Part shown: piece by piece, positions 26,670 to 39,253 of the stretch | Position numbering within the stretch: the first letter of the stretch is position 1 | How the letters are laid out: each line of letters starts with the position of its first letter | Assembly: GCA_965153455.1 (NCBI GenBank) | Contig: OZ234494.1 | Location: 3,658,001-3,722,000, forward strand | DNA length: 64,000 bases | Source of the DNA: Sphagnum compactum | Lineage: Eukaryota | Reading direction: 5' to 3' | The notes under the pieces: generated by a model | The model's input: only the letters and a program-made list of their open reading frames with translations | Database searches by the model: none | What the model was told of the DNA's origin: nothing | Position numbers and translations under genes: made by a program

Positions 26670-27062
26670 TCTGTTCCCATTAGTATCCCATCAAAATCCT
26701 TTTGTTCTTGTCAAGTTCCCAAACAATTTCCATCAAATTCCTCTTGTTCCCAATAATAACCCATCAAAATTCTTTTGTTCCCATCAAGTTTCAATCAAAT
26801 TCCTTTTGTTCTCATCAAGTTCCCAAACAATTTTCATCAACTTCCTCTTGTTCCCAACAATGACCCATCAAAATACTTTTGTTCCCATCAAGTTTCAATC
26901 AAATTCCTTTTGTTCCCATCAAGTTCCCAAAAATTCTCATCAAATTCCTCTTGTTCCGATCAATAACCCATCAATATCCTTTTGTTCTCACCAAGTTCCC
27001 GCACAATTCCCATCAAATTCCTCTTGTTCCTATCAAGTTTCCATCAAATTCCTTTTGTTCTC
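26670..27062. repeat. Tandem minisatellite with a 104-bp higher-order period built from ~11/21-bp (T)TCCCATCAA / TTCCTTTTGTT subunits
   Basis: tcaagttcccaaa recurs at 26711, 26815 and 26919 (period 104). Subunits cccatcaaattcctcttgtt recur throughout. Confidence 0.85.
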
Positions 27063-27084
27063 ATGGCTATGGAGGATAGGCAGG

Positions 27085-27392
27085 TTTTCATCCGTTGAGG
27101 GAACACATCAAAATCGTAGTCAGTTTTCCATCCATAGTCAAAATGCATCCAACAAGAAGCTTTCGTGCATCTGCGTTCATCCACGTTACAAATTTGTTAA
27201 CGTAACCATCCATCTGAGCTTTATTTATTTCAAGCAATTATGAGCATGCGATATTTTTCATCCGTTCAGGGAACACATCCGAACTTGTAGTCAATTTTCA
27301 TCCATGGTCGAAAAGCAATCCAACAATAAGAAGCTGTCGTGTATCCATTTTCATCCACGGTCATCTGTTACACATCTATTCGAGCTTTATTT
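27085..27392. repeat. Imperfect ~140-bp direct duplication (period ~170) upstream of hslU
   Basis: ttttcatccgttgagggaacacatc..ccaacaagaagct..gagctttattt (27085-27226) versus ttttcatccgttcagggaacacatc..ccaacaataagaagct..gagctttattt (27255-27392). Confidence 0.75.
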
Positions 27393-27681
27393 GGACCACT
27401 ATTATCATCCGTTTTGAAAGCGCATCATCGAAAGTGGCCGGCGAGATATCGACTGGAAACCTTGAGTCCGTGTTCTCATCACACCGGAAAGCACACACCG
27501 CAGCGTAGGCGGGTACTTTCAGATCTGGCGCAGAATCGCAGAAAGATTCTCCAACAATTTTGCTGCAAATCGCCAGCAAAAACCACTGACGGAAGGCGAG
27601 GGTTGCAGGATTATTTCTCCAATTGATTCCAGTGATTTGCGGTGGACAAGAGAACAGAGAGAAGTTGGAGTGGTTGGTGCC

Positions 27682-30600
27682 ATGGCGACCTCGGTGTACA
27701 GGCTACTGTTCCGGCAGAGTATGAAACCTGGGGTTGTCAGAACGGGTAGCTGGAGATGGGCTTCATCTCCCTCCTTTTCGACGTGAGTTCTCATGTTCCA
27801 CCCATCACCCCTTGTTTTGGACGTGTGTGTGTGTGTGTTTTTTTTCTTAGGGCCGGGGAGGGGTTGTCTATCATGGTTATGGCTCGCCTTTTCGTGGTGT
27901 GACTTGACCATGTATGGGAAGTATAGGTAGAAGTTGGACAACAGATTTGAGAAGGAGTCAGTCGGTCACCATTTTGTGCCACTAAAGATTTACGGAGCTC
28001 AAATCCTCCTGTGGTGCAAAATACCTTCGCCTAACCTAATAGCTTTTGATCTCAACCCTAATTAGGGTTCGATCTACACAAATAAGATATCTGAGACTGG
28101 TATGACCAGAAATTGAGTGGGAGAATGTTACATAACCTTGTGTGGAATGGGAGAATATGTGTGACTTCTTTTCTCATTCAAGTGTACATGTATCTGAATG
28201 GGGTGAATGCAGATCCGTCCAAAGGGATACCACAACTGAGACTGAGCTACCAGTGGTCACCACCAGTGCTCTTGAACCAGGTTTGTAAGATGAAATGCAC
28301 AGGTTCGCAGATGTGTATTGAGTAAAATGACTGCCCTGGTAGAAGTTTTTATGATTGGAATAGTGTTAAGATGCGATTGTGGATGGCAGATGAGGGAGGA
28401 GAGGATGCGCTAACACCAGCCAAGGTGGTAGAGATGTTGGACCGCTACATAGTTGGGCAACGGGAAGCTAAACGGGCGGTCGCGGTGGCACTGCGTATGC
28501 GCTCCCAGCCTCTTGTCTGACCTGCTTCACAAACTGGTGGGCTTATGGCTGTGTCCTAAGTCCTTATCTACAGCCACACATCTCATCAGTGCTTCACCCC
28601 CATCACTCTAGTACACACACTTATGTATCTCTGGGCTCTTCCCTTCTTGAACCATGAGTCAACTCTATCATTCTTGTATGGAATCTTCACTAAGTCTTCA
28701 TACAACCTTTTTTTGGGTGAAGTAAATTTGGATCCAAACAGGTCTGATTGCAGTTGTCAGCCCATCAGATTTGTGTAGATTTTTTCTGTGGTCGTTCAAA
28801 ATGTGAATAATGGAGAAACTGGTTTGAATTCCAATCTGCAAAATCTTTTCTTCTCTCTCTGATTTCCCCAGTTTATATGAATGAAGATGCATGGATTCTC
28901 TGCCACTGCAGGAAATAGATGGCGTCGTCATCGGATTCCCGAGGGGCTAAGGGAGGAGATTGTGCCAAAAAATATACTCATGATTGGCCCAACTGGTTGT
29001 GGGAAAACTGAAATTGCCCGGCGCCTTGCCAAAATAGCATATGCACCTTTTGTCAAGGTATGCCATCTTGTGTTTGAGCATCATAGAGATTGCACCATGG
29101 TATTCAATTGTGTTGTGCTGATTTTGATAGTGGATTTCTCAAAGGTCTGCATGTGTGAAAAGTTCTCAGGATTTGGCACAGAAGTTTTCAGAGTTTTGGA
29201 CTGCCTGTTGGATCCCTCTGTGCAATTTTACCCCTTCACTGTTTCACTTGCACATGGTAACAAGTGGGGGAAAATCTATGGAGGCGTTCAGTTCTAGTTG
29301 GAGATGCTTTGGGAGACTTGTATACTAACAGTAGTTAGTGGGCCAGGTGGAGGCAACAAAGTTCACTGAAGTAGGCTTCCATGGCCGAGATGTGGACCAG
29401 ATTATCAGAGATCTAGTTGACAATGCAATTTCTCTGCAACGTCAGAAGGTATCTACTTGGCTTTTTACAGCATGGCATGATTGCTTATTGTAGGATCCTG
29501 GTGTGGATTTGTGACAGCTTGTTGGCACTCAAAAACTTTGACACTTTGGAAGGAGAGCACTTGGATGTGCTAGGCCATTTTCCATCCTCATTACTTCCAG
29601 CTGGACGTAGACTTTTGGAAAGTTCTTAGCTATTTTTGTGTCTTTCTTCAAGTTGATTACACTCCATGATGTCTGATTGCCGTAATGAGGGCTGCATGGT
29701 TTGGTTGTTTTATGACTTCTAGGTCCTTAAAAGGATTTATGATGTTGGATTTTTCCTTATTCTGTTATGAATGTGCAGGTGCGAGCAAGGGTGGGAAAGG
29801 AGGTAGAGAAAGCTGTGGAGAATCGAATTGTCAACATGGTAGTGGGTCAACAGTGCCCTGCTGAGGTTAGATTTCAGTCTCTTATCACATCAAGTTTTCC
29901 TGCAGTGGTAAAACCTGAACTTCCCTGCTGGACTGATGGGTTGGATTTGTAAGCTGTGAGGCATGTATTTTTACTGTATTCAGCTAATCTGTAAACCCAT
30001 TTGTTTGGATCTGTAGAAGTTCAGTGGTATTGGCAAAAGCCCATAACAGGGCTGGGAGATGATCTTTGCGGTGTGGTAGATGATTCATATTTACTTCTTT
30101 ATGAGCAGGGTGATGCAAATGTAGAAGCACCCCCTGAGAACAAAGAGGAGGTCAGAAAGCTGTATTGTGAAGGTGCACTTGACAATCGGAAGATTCAGAT
30201 GGATGTGCCAGATGGAAGATCACGTCCTTCTGTTGAGATTATTGGTGGTGGCAGTGGTTTTGCAGTTAATGAGCTTATTCACAGGGTATGTGACTGTAGT
30301 GTAGATCTATTTCAGGCTTTATCTTCTTTTTCTTTCACAGCCTGGATCTGATGCTTTGTTATCAATTTATGCATTGACAAATTGTTTGTGGTGTAGATGG
30401 AGAAGGTATTCAAGGCCCAGAAATTGGAGAGGCAGGAGATGACCATTAGAGAGGCAAAACCACTCCTGATAGAGATTGAAATGGAGAAGTATCTGAACTC
30501 AGATCAAATAAGCAAGGATGCAATTCAGGTCAAAAGTCCCATTCTATCTCTTTGCATGTCATGTTTGTGTCAAAAATTGAACCTAGAACAGTGTTTCTGA

Positions 30601-32470
30601 ACCCTGAACTTTAGAAATGATTCTATCTTCCTGCATACTCAGAGTTAACCAAAAAGAACTGAGGCTTGAAGACTAAGCTGAAAGCTAGAGGTTTGGGAAC
30701 CATCCCTGTGCCAAGTCGTGAATAGAGGGTTGTCTTTCTTTTGTGAGTCAGTTTTTCTGAAGTTGGGTTGGGGTTGGATGAGCAGTTAGCAGAGTCAGAT
30801 GGAATTGTGTTCATCGACGAGATTGATAAGATTGTCACAAATCATGAGACAAGACACGGAGCAGATGCAAGCTCTGAAGGTGTACAAAGAGATTTACTGC
30901 CAATTATTGAGGGCAGGTAGAACTTCAGTTCGCAATTTACAAAGCTTCTTTAGCGACTCTTGCTCGAGCCTTGCTGCTCTTTTCTCTAATTATCTCACTG
31001 GGTATGGGTGTTTTAAAAGTTTGAAAACCCATGCTTGTGATCTGTTAATCTTATCAGTGGGAATCATTTCTGACGTCTGGGCTGTCATGTCTCTCCTGTC
31101 AGTATGTTACAAACAGGCATGACTCCTGTGCTATGCATTCTGCCTTCTGCTTTAGACAACCAAGGTCTTTTATGGCTATTAATCACTCACCTGCTTTCCA
31201 GCAAATAAACTAGCACATCTTTGAAGGATATGTTAAGAGTTTTGCTGGAACTGACAGAATGGTTACCTTCAAAGTGTCAGTGTGGAGTTTTCTCTGCACT
31301 CACACAGATATTTCTATGTGGGTTGTAGGTCACAGAAAGGTCATGTAATGTCCCTGCACTCTGCATTTCCATCTTGTTATGTGGGATTTACATCATGATT
31401 TGCATTGCAAAATGATGGGTGGTGGGGATGGGATGATGCAGTATAGTGTCAACCAAGTATGGTAATGTGAACACGGATCATATCCTTTTCATTTGCAGTG
31501 GTGCCTTCCATTCGTGTAAACCTAGTGACATGTTGGCAGAGTTGCAAGGGCGCTTGCCAATTCGTGTTGAGCTCAAAGGCCTCACTCGTGAGGTACAGCA
31601 ATCCAATTTGCAGATTTACACAAATCATGGTGTTGTTATCATGGACATAGACTTGTGTCAACTTCAAGCCTATATTCAACTCTGGAATGTGTGGGGCTGA
31701 TGGTGCAGGACCTTTATCGGATATTGACGGAGCCTGAGACAAATATGATTAAGCAGCAACAATTGCTGATGAAAACAGAAGATATAGACTTAGTATTTAC
31801 AAGTGAAGCAATTCATGAGCTGGCTGCTGTTGCTGCTGAGGTACAGACTACAGACAGGGTGTCACCCCAAATTTCTCTTTCTCTTCTTCTCAGGATATGG
31901 TGTGGAGAGATTGCCAGAGATTGATGAGAGTTTGTATGTAATTGAACAGGTGAACAGGTCAGTTGACAACATTGGTGCCAGAAGGTTGCATACGGTACGT
32001 GCTCATGCTTTCATTCTCAAATCATTTCCTTTGTACTTTAGGGTACATGGAGTTGGTATATGGATGATGTGTTTTATATGCAGTAAGTGAGAAGTTTCAG
32101 GTGTGGAGCTTACTTCTTGCAGATTCTTGAGAGGGTCGTGGAGGATATAAGCTTTCATGCCCCTGAGAGGGCAGGTGACACTTACACTGTTGATAAAGAG
32201 GTCAGTTATGTGGTATTTATCTGGCCTCTTTGGCATGTTTTGTGGTATTTATCTCTTCAGTTCTCAAAGTGGATTGCTGAAATTACTGCCTACTGATGTT
32301 GTTTAGTTGTGACCATGCTTTGGAGAGGTGGCTACAGGCAAGCATTGTCTCTCATGTAGCAGGGAATGCTAATGAGCTCATTGATGCATTATTCTTTGTG
32401 GTGGCAGAAAGTGAGGCAATCTGTGGGAGATCTTCTTCACAAAACTGATCTTTCAAGGTTTGTCCTATGA
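27682..32470 (+). CDS. hslU: ATP-dependent protease ATPase subunit HslU (ClpY), nuclear-encoded, predicted mitochondrial; 14 exons, 505 aa
   Basis: Exons 27682-27782, 28213-28280, 28390-28494, 28912-29057, 29347-29448, 29779-29865, 30109-30285, 30397-30528, 30786-30916, 31442-31592, 31709-31840, 31950-31994, 32123-32200, 32408-32470 give 1518 nt with phases closing. Motifs: [34 protein letters not shown], Walker [25 protein letters not shown], Walker [44 protein letters not shown]-terminal DLSRFVL*. Confidence 0.95.
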
Positions 32471-33299
32471 GGTGGTTGATGAATTGACCATAGGGCTCCA
32501 TTAGGGTTTCCTTATTTATGAGGAGCAGCAGCTATTATAATGAAAAAAGGAACCTGCTCACTGCTACCCATGTCACTGATCAAAGTGCCTTGGTTACTTG
32601 GTGAATTGACAAGAATATGCAAGGCAGTCAAGAGTTCCTTCTGATGCAACCAGCTTCCTTGCTGTATTGTTACTCCTTTCAACATAAGGCAGCATTTGGA
32701 CTGTAGGTTTCTAGAATGGATGACAAATCTGGAGATCTCTCTCTCTCTCTCTCTCTCTGGTAAGATGTCTAATGAGACTCTTGATTGACAATTGGTTAAG
32801 CTCAATATGATGCATTCTCGACAGTATTGAAATGTGACTGCATGGAATAGGTTTGTAGATTGCAGCAGCAACAGTTTCTCTGTCATGAGCTTGTGTTTGA
32901 CAAAAGGAGTGCTTGCAGTGCGATCTTGTGCCCTGATTAATGAGACCAAGTAACAAAGGCTGCTGCTACGCTATGGTGCTATGCATATTTGTAGAAGTCC
33001 ATGGTATTTGATGATGTGAACGTTGAGAGTTCAGAGGAAGATGGAACAAAATTATAGCTACAAGAGACATCAAGGATTGTAAATATTGAAAGACAATGTG
33101 TGACCAATTGGATTGTGACAAAAATTTGCTCAACACAGAATATTATCACGACTTTGCATGGGACAAACATTTTAGAGGCGGTTGCAATTATAATCAAATG
33201 AGCCAATAGTAACAAAGGATTCACGCACAAATGAGCCTTTTATGATCATTTTGACTTTTTCATTAAAAGGAAAATTTGAAGGATTTTTTCTTCAACATG

Positions 33300-33860
33300 T
33301 TTTTAAAAATGTTAATAATTCCTCAAATAAATACATGATTTATGTTAATTATTTTTGAATAAATATGATTTTTTTAAAAATGTACAAAATTTGTCAAATT
33401 TTTTATTTTGTCTTCAAAAAATGATCATAATTTTAAATTATGCTAAAAATATGCTAACTACTTAAGCTTTTGTATCACAAGTCACAACTTTGTTCATATG
33501 TAATACACATATATGACCCATTTACATCTATAAAATGATTATTGGATTTGAACAATCTGAAATAATATTTTGAATTTTTAAAGATTTCAAATATCACAAT
33601 TTTAAAATTATGAGTGCTTTTCAAATGTGGATGGTAGGTTATCATCATTTCAATTTTTTTCCCAATCAAAATTTCTTCATCAAAAGAGTCTTTAACCTAG
33701 TGCTTTATAAAATTAAATTTTTGGTGTTAAATTTCAAAAGTCCTTTATTAAAACAAAAACTCAGTTTATTAAATTAAATACTTATTTTTTGAATTTTGCA
33801 GCACTCATATAAATCATTTAACACAAATTTCCTTGACATTAAAGTGACATTAAATAAATA
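33300..33860 (-). repeat. Reverse-orientation copy of the AT-rich TIR-element family seen at 15368-16468
   Basis: tttttgaataaatatgattttttt..aaatgtacaaaatt and aatttcaaaagtcctttattaaaacaaaaac are approximate reverse complements of 16142-16178 and ~15750-15782. Confidence 0.6.
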
Positions 33861-34879
33861 TGTGATTAAATTGATAGTTTTTTTGTTGTCCAACATGGTT
33901 TCTGGCTCATTCGAACATGATCGCACCTAGGTGGAAAAACAGTGCAATGGAGATGATGACAATGACACTGACATTAATGATGATGGTGGAGAGGCCCCAA
34001 ATGACAATGACTAGCATGAACCACAACCCAAAAAATATTGACTTCATGATTAGTCATCCTTCCATGTCTAGAATCATTATGGCATCACAATCTCACATTA
34101 TTTAAGGGGATTAACCATTTGGCATTAAGCAATACACACAAATTAATTCATTTGCATATGATCCATATGAGGGTTTGTACACATCTTGTCTAAATTGTGT
34201 GCTTTGGTGTAAATAAATTTGTAGCCATTTGATTTTGGATTTGGTGCTCATCATAATTTTGCCACATGTTTAAACTATGGTAAAGTTGTAATATGTATTA
34301 TAATATGTGTGCAATTATGAGTTTCCCAATCACATTGCAAATGTAATTTGTCATTCAAAAGTTCAAGCACATGAAAAATAATCATTTAAAAATTATGTTA
34401 AACTTTACAAATAATTGCAATTTGCAAAAAAATACATCACTTGGCCATCCAATTCTTTTCCCCATTGTGTGCCATTTAATGTTCATAAATATTAGATGTA
34501 CAACATCTTGGCTAATACTTTTGTTAGATCCTCTTAAATCCTCACCCTAAATTTTTAGTCTTAAGGATTATTGATTCACTTATAACTACCTTCCCCAAAA
34601 TTTATTTGGCAAATTGATTTGGATTGTGGCCTTGATTGACCTTGCAACCCAATGGGTATCCCTTGCAAAATTGCATTCAACACAGTAAGATTGTTTATTT
34701 CATCAATTATTGTGACCACGTGTGATGATACTTTAGCTAGGAATGCAAATGTTCTATCATCCTTCAAGTGTTGTCCATTGTTGGTTTCTTTTATCATTAA
34801 ATTCAATTGGATTTCTCCATTGAGTTATGTTAGATTGAACATTGCTTGACTACATCACCCATGGAGTTGTACCAAATGT

Positions 34880-36120
34880 TGTGTGAGTTATGACCAAATT
34901 TCAAGTATATTGGTCCTTGGGTTAAACCACCCCCAAAATATTTGGTAAAACCAATTGTGTTTCAAATAAATCGCCCTAATGTATAAGGCCTTGCACACCC
35001 TTTGAATCATGGATTCATCATATTGCCATTCATCATATTGATTGCCCATGTAATAAATGGCATGCCCACTTGTCAAACGCACGTCATGTTTGCACCCCAA
35101 GCTTGTGACCGATTAGGGACATTATATTAATTGTATTCCCAATGTTAAGGTGTGGTAGCTTGAAGGTTAAACTATTCATACAAATGCCAATGGAATGGGG
35201 CCCTACATAGTGGACATCTTTTCCTTTCCACCATTAGTGTTGTTGAATGTTGCAAATGGTATATGTGTTGGCAAGTGCCTGATTGCCACACTCCTTGTCC
35301 AAATGGGTTGTAATAAATACGACATTGGTCCTCATTTTTAGTGAAGGGTTGAGCATGTGACCACAAGAGTACCCTTGTTTTTTTAGAAACTTGGGTGAGA
35401 TATTCCCAATCTAGATTGGGGTGTGTTGGCCAATCCATGCTTCCGATATCCTATAGTCTCGGTAAGCTATTGGGAAAGTTCATTTTAGAAACCTTGGGCC
35501 ATGACGTTAAACAGTGTGATCAAAATCTCCAATTATCATGGTATTTCACTTGGATGTGTACTAGCTTTGCTTCCATTTGTGTAGCTTGAGATGCACCCAA
35601 AATACATGCAAGTTGTTTCTTCATGTCAATCAAAGTTTGATTGTAGTGTTTGACACCTTCCATAGAATTTAGGCGTTCTTTTTTAGCCTCCTTTGCCCTT
35701 GTTTAACTTTTGGTAATGCTTCTTGTTTAAGAGCAGACTCTTGTTTTAACATTTCAACCTTTTTTGGTGTCCCAACTAATTGTTCATGCAACACATTCTG
35801 TTCCATTATTACCTCATTAAGTTAGACATGCATTGAAGCCATTTCCTTTGACAACGTTCGAAAACATATTTTGCAATTTTGACCTTTAAGTTTGCTTCTT
35901 CAAAATATTGAATTGACCTCAATGTGTTTGCCCCTTCTGCATGTGCCCCTTGTTGCATTCTTATTTCAAATGGATCAAATAATGCCATTTGAACAACAAC
36001 ATCCAAATTTGCCTCCATTTGCTTTTGGGGCGTGATGTTTCCATCCATGGCCTCATCCGTGTTTAAGTTTTCATGGGGGATTTTGCTCCCATGGGCATTG
36101 TACAAGTCGATCAACAACCC
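34880..36120 (-). pseudogene. Degraded intronless gene relic with coiled-coil-like region and RING-finger-like motif (probably TE or virus cargo)
   Basis: Minus-strand fragments DQCRIYYNPFG..GTCQHIYHLQH..ERKRCPLCRAPFH (35330-35190) fit a decayed C-x2-C..C-x-H-x2-H-x2-C..C-x2-C pattern. Upstream fragments are helical and charged (35600-36117). Multiple stops and frameshifts. Confidence 0.45.
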
Positions 36121-37084
36121 TAAGAATTATATTTCGAAATATGGATGGTTCTTGCTACAATCGATATTTGTGGTACTTGTTGAAAAGGAACTTGGGGATG
36201 TGGTGGAACAACTAAAGGATGTGCTTGAGCTACTTTTGTTTGATACAAAGGCACATTGCCCCCTTGGCCACCTAGAATAGTCCTTTGATTGACCTAAACC
36301 CCAAACGCCACCTCCGCATGCACCATTCATGCCATAGTTGATGGAATTAGTTTTTTTGAAAATATTAGACTCCTTGTCATTGTAATGGGCATCTCCAACA
36401 TGCATGCTTTCATGTGGTCATCAAAGGAACTTGTAAATTGAGAGAAATTATTTTTGCAATGTGTTTCATGTCAAGACAATCGCCATTTCTTGTTAATGTG
36501 GCACCACCACACATGTTAGGAACATAGTGTGCATGACCATGGATGGGGTAGGTTTTGCCATCTAGAATTTGTGAGCACAACTGCGTTTTAGGAAAGAGTT
36601 TGGGGAGAGGAAGAAGGAAGTAGATACACCCACTTTCCAGCTCCGTGTCCAAGAACAGCATTTGATTGCCTCAAGCTTTGCATCATGGCGTTTTCCTTTC
36701 ACCCCATGGCCCTTGATCACTTTCCTATGTTTTTCATTGTTCGCCATGGTACCTTATTACCAATATTCCACTTGCACTAATAAATGAGTGCTAAAATATT
36801 CAATGTTAAATATAATGGGGGTGGGATATTCTAGGTCCATTTAATGTTATTAGGGTTAAAAATTTATGTAGTAGGGGGTTGGGGTCTTTTAAGAGGTTCA
36901 ACAATGAAGTCCAACACACAATTATTTTCACAAGTCTTCAATGTCTTCCACAAGGGTCCCACTTTCTTTTAGGTGTATGGCACTGATTGTTCAAAATATA
37001 TAGAGTCTTGACATGGGGGGAAAAAAATTGATAATGGAAAAAATGTGGGTAGTGGATCCATTCATTTCAAAATACATACTTATG

Positions 37085-37630
37085 CAACCTAAAACAATTT
37101 CAATCACTTTCAGTCACCATTTAATCACCTTTTGGTTGCTTTTGATTGCCACAAAATGGCGAATTTTATCACCAATTAGGAATGACTTGCCCAAATTGAA
37201 TGGCAACCAAACTATTTTAGTCACCATCTAACAAACAAGATGGTTGGGTTGTATATAGTCATTAAATGGCAACCAAAATATGTTTGGGTGTCACTAAACT
37301 AACTGAAACAATTGGTGATTGAAATAACTTTGGTCACCACTAAACATTATAATTCACTTCATGACCAAAACATTTAGTCATCATTTTAGCCAATTGAGAC
37401 AAGTGGCAACTGAAATTTTTTGTTCACCATGGGGATAATTGAATTAGGTGGCATTTGAATTTTTTGGTTGCCATATCAGGCAGTTGGGTTTAGTGATGAC
37501 CAAATTTTCCAGTTGCCATCTAATGGCCCTGTATTATTGATGTATGCTAGCCATTAGATGGCAATTAAAATGTTTTAGTCATTAGGTGATTTACCACTTG
37601 GTGTTTGAACTCAATTTCAATCACCATTAT
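37085..37630. repeat. Array of GTCACCA / TGGCAACCAAA-type short repeats
   Basis: Repeated ttcagtcacc, tggcaaccaaa, tttagtcacca, ggtcaccact and tggcaactgaa in both orientations. Related in motif to 42215-42555. Confidence 0.45.
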
Positions 37631-39253
37631 GCTTACATAGGGGTTTGAGAATGGAATTTGAAGATTCTTTCTTTGATGTGTATGGTTTAGATTGTGGGTG
37701 GCAATCAATGTGATACATTTGGAAAAAACTATTCATTCCTTCAAGCAATTTGAGTTGCCTTTGTGATTTCAAAAGTGCTTGCAAATATAGTTATCCTTTG
37801 TTTTTACACACATTTACAACCACGTCAAGTAATCAAGATGAAGGTGAAAAAGGTGAATAGGTCGGTTCAAACATGGTTCTTGATTATAATCACTTGGGAG
37901 GATCACAACATCATGACATGGGATTATGAGGGAGTAGATGTCATATATTTGCTAGGCGAGGAAAAAGAAAAATATCATGTGGATATTGCTCGGTTATCAA
38001 AGGACTTGTTGTACAAGGACATCCCAATGACCTATGTCAATAGTGAGAATGTTGTGAATGGGGAGTGAATGTTCATAACCTGGGATCACAATGGTGTGAA
38101 TGGCAAGTATCTCTTGCGCACATTTGAAGGTGTATATGTTTAAATGTAACAAATATGCTTGAAGATTTTTTATACAAACACATCCTCGTGGAACTTCATG
38201 TTTATGACACACATGACTATTTGAGCACAATATGACCATCAAAATAATGTCAATAATATAAACGCATGATTTTATTATGAATGTACAAATGCACATTTAT
38301 GTAAATAAAGGATAATGGTATTCCCAAACGTTAAGCATGCAAACCATGATTTTAGTTTTCAAAATTTTTTTATTTGAAAAATTGTGAAATTTTTTTGAGT
38401 GATTTTTCTAGAAACATAGGCCACTTTCTATATGTGGAAGAAGTATCCCCCCCTAAATACATAATTTAAATAAATAACAAAAGACAAAGGAAAAGAAATG
38501 AAATAACAGAGAGAAATAGGGGGTGGGGGGAAAAAGGAAGAAAAAATAAAAAACAAACTGCACAAGTACTATGTTAGAACCCCATGTGTAAATAGTAGTT
38601 ACACATTGATTAAAGTGAAAAAAATTAGAATGGGGAAAAAACTCCTAAAAAAGGAAGAAGAAGACTAAGGAGAAGAAGGGGGAAGGGAAAAATAAATAAA
38701 CACGAGAGAAAAAGGAAGAAGGAGAAAAAAGGGGAGGGGGAGCGGAGGAGGACACAAAAAAATATTATAAAACAAGAAAATAGAAATAAAGGTGAAAAAA
38801 AACAAAGAAAAGAAAAGAAAAAGGGTGCAAGAGAAGGAGGGAAATTTTTTAAAAGGGGGAGGAAGGAGAAAGGACAATATAAATAAAAAACTAATTAGGG
38901 AAGGAGGTGGGAAATTTTTTATAAGGAAGAAACAGAACAGGGAGAAAAACAAAAATTTAAAGGAAGAAGAAGAAGAAGCAGAAGAGGGGATGAAGAAGAA
39001 GAAGAAGAAGAAGAAGAAGGTGGTTCGCAAGGTTTCAGATGTAGTGCCCAAAGTAACATAATGATTTTAGATGCGATGTCCAAATTGATGTAATGGTGTC
39101 AAATGCGGTGTTGAATTTGACGCAATGGTTTGAAGTTTTTTATTCACAAAAGGATAAAACACATTGGACTGTTGAGGTGATGGACTTGTGGGATAATGTA
39201 ACATGGTGGGCCAATTAGTAAATATGTTTTGAAGAAGAAGGTGTGGTTATAAC

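Noticed and set aside
26775-27243. Overlapping ORFs in all frames and a superficially CRISPR-like periodicity
   Set aside because: A tandem minisatellite without unique spacers, in a eukaryotic context with no cas genes.
27682-32470. Bacterial contamination or recent HGT as the source of hslU
   Set aside because: 13 canonical spliceosomal introns, a targeting-like presequence and flanking plant genes indicate a long-resident nuclear gene.
38460-39061. Lys/Glu-rich (+) and Phe-rich (-) ORFs
   Set aside because: Purine-rich low-complexity tract with a (GAA)n microsatellite; no domain evidence.
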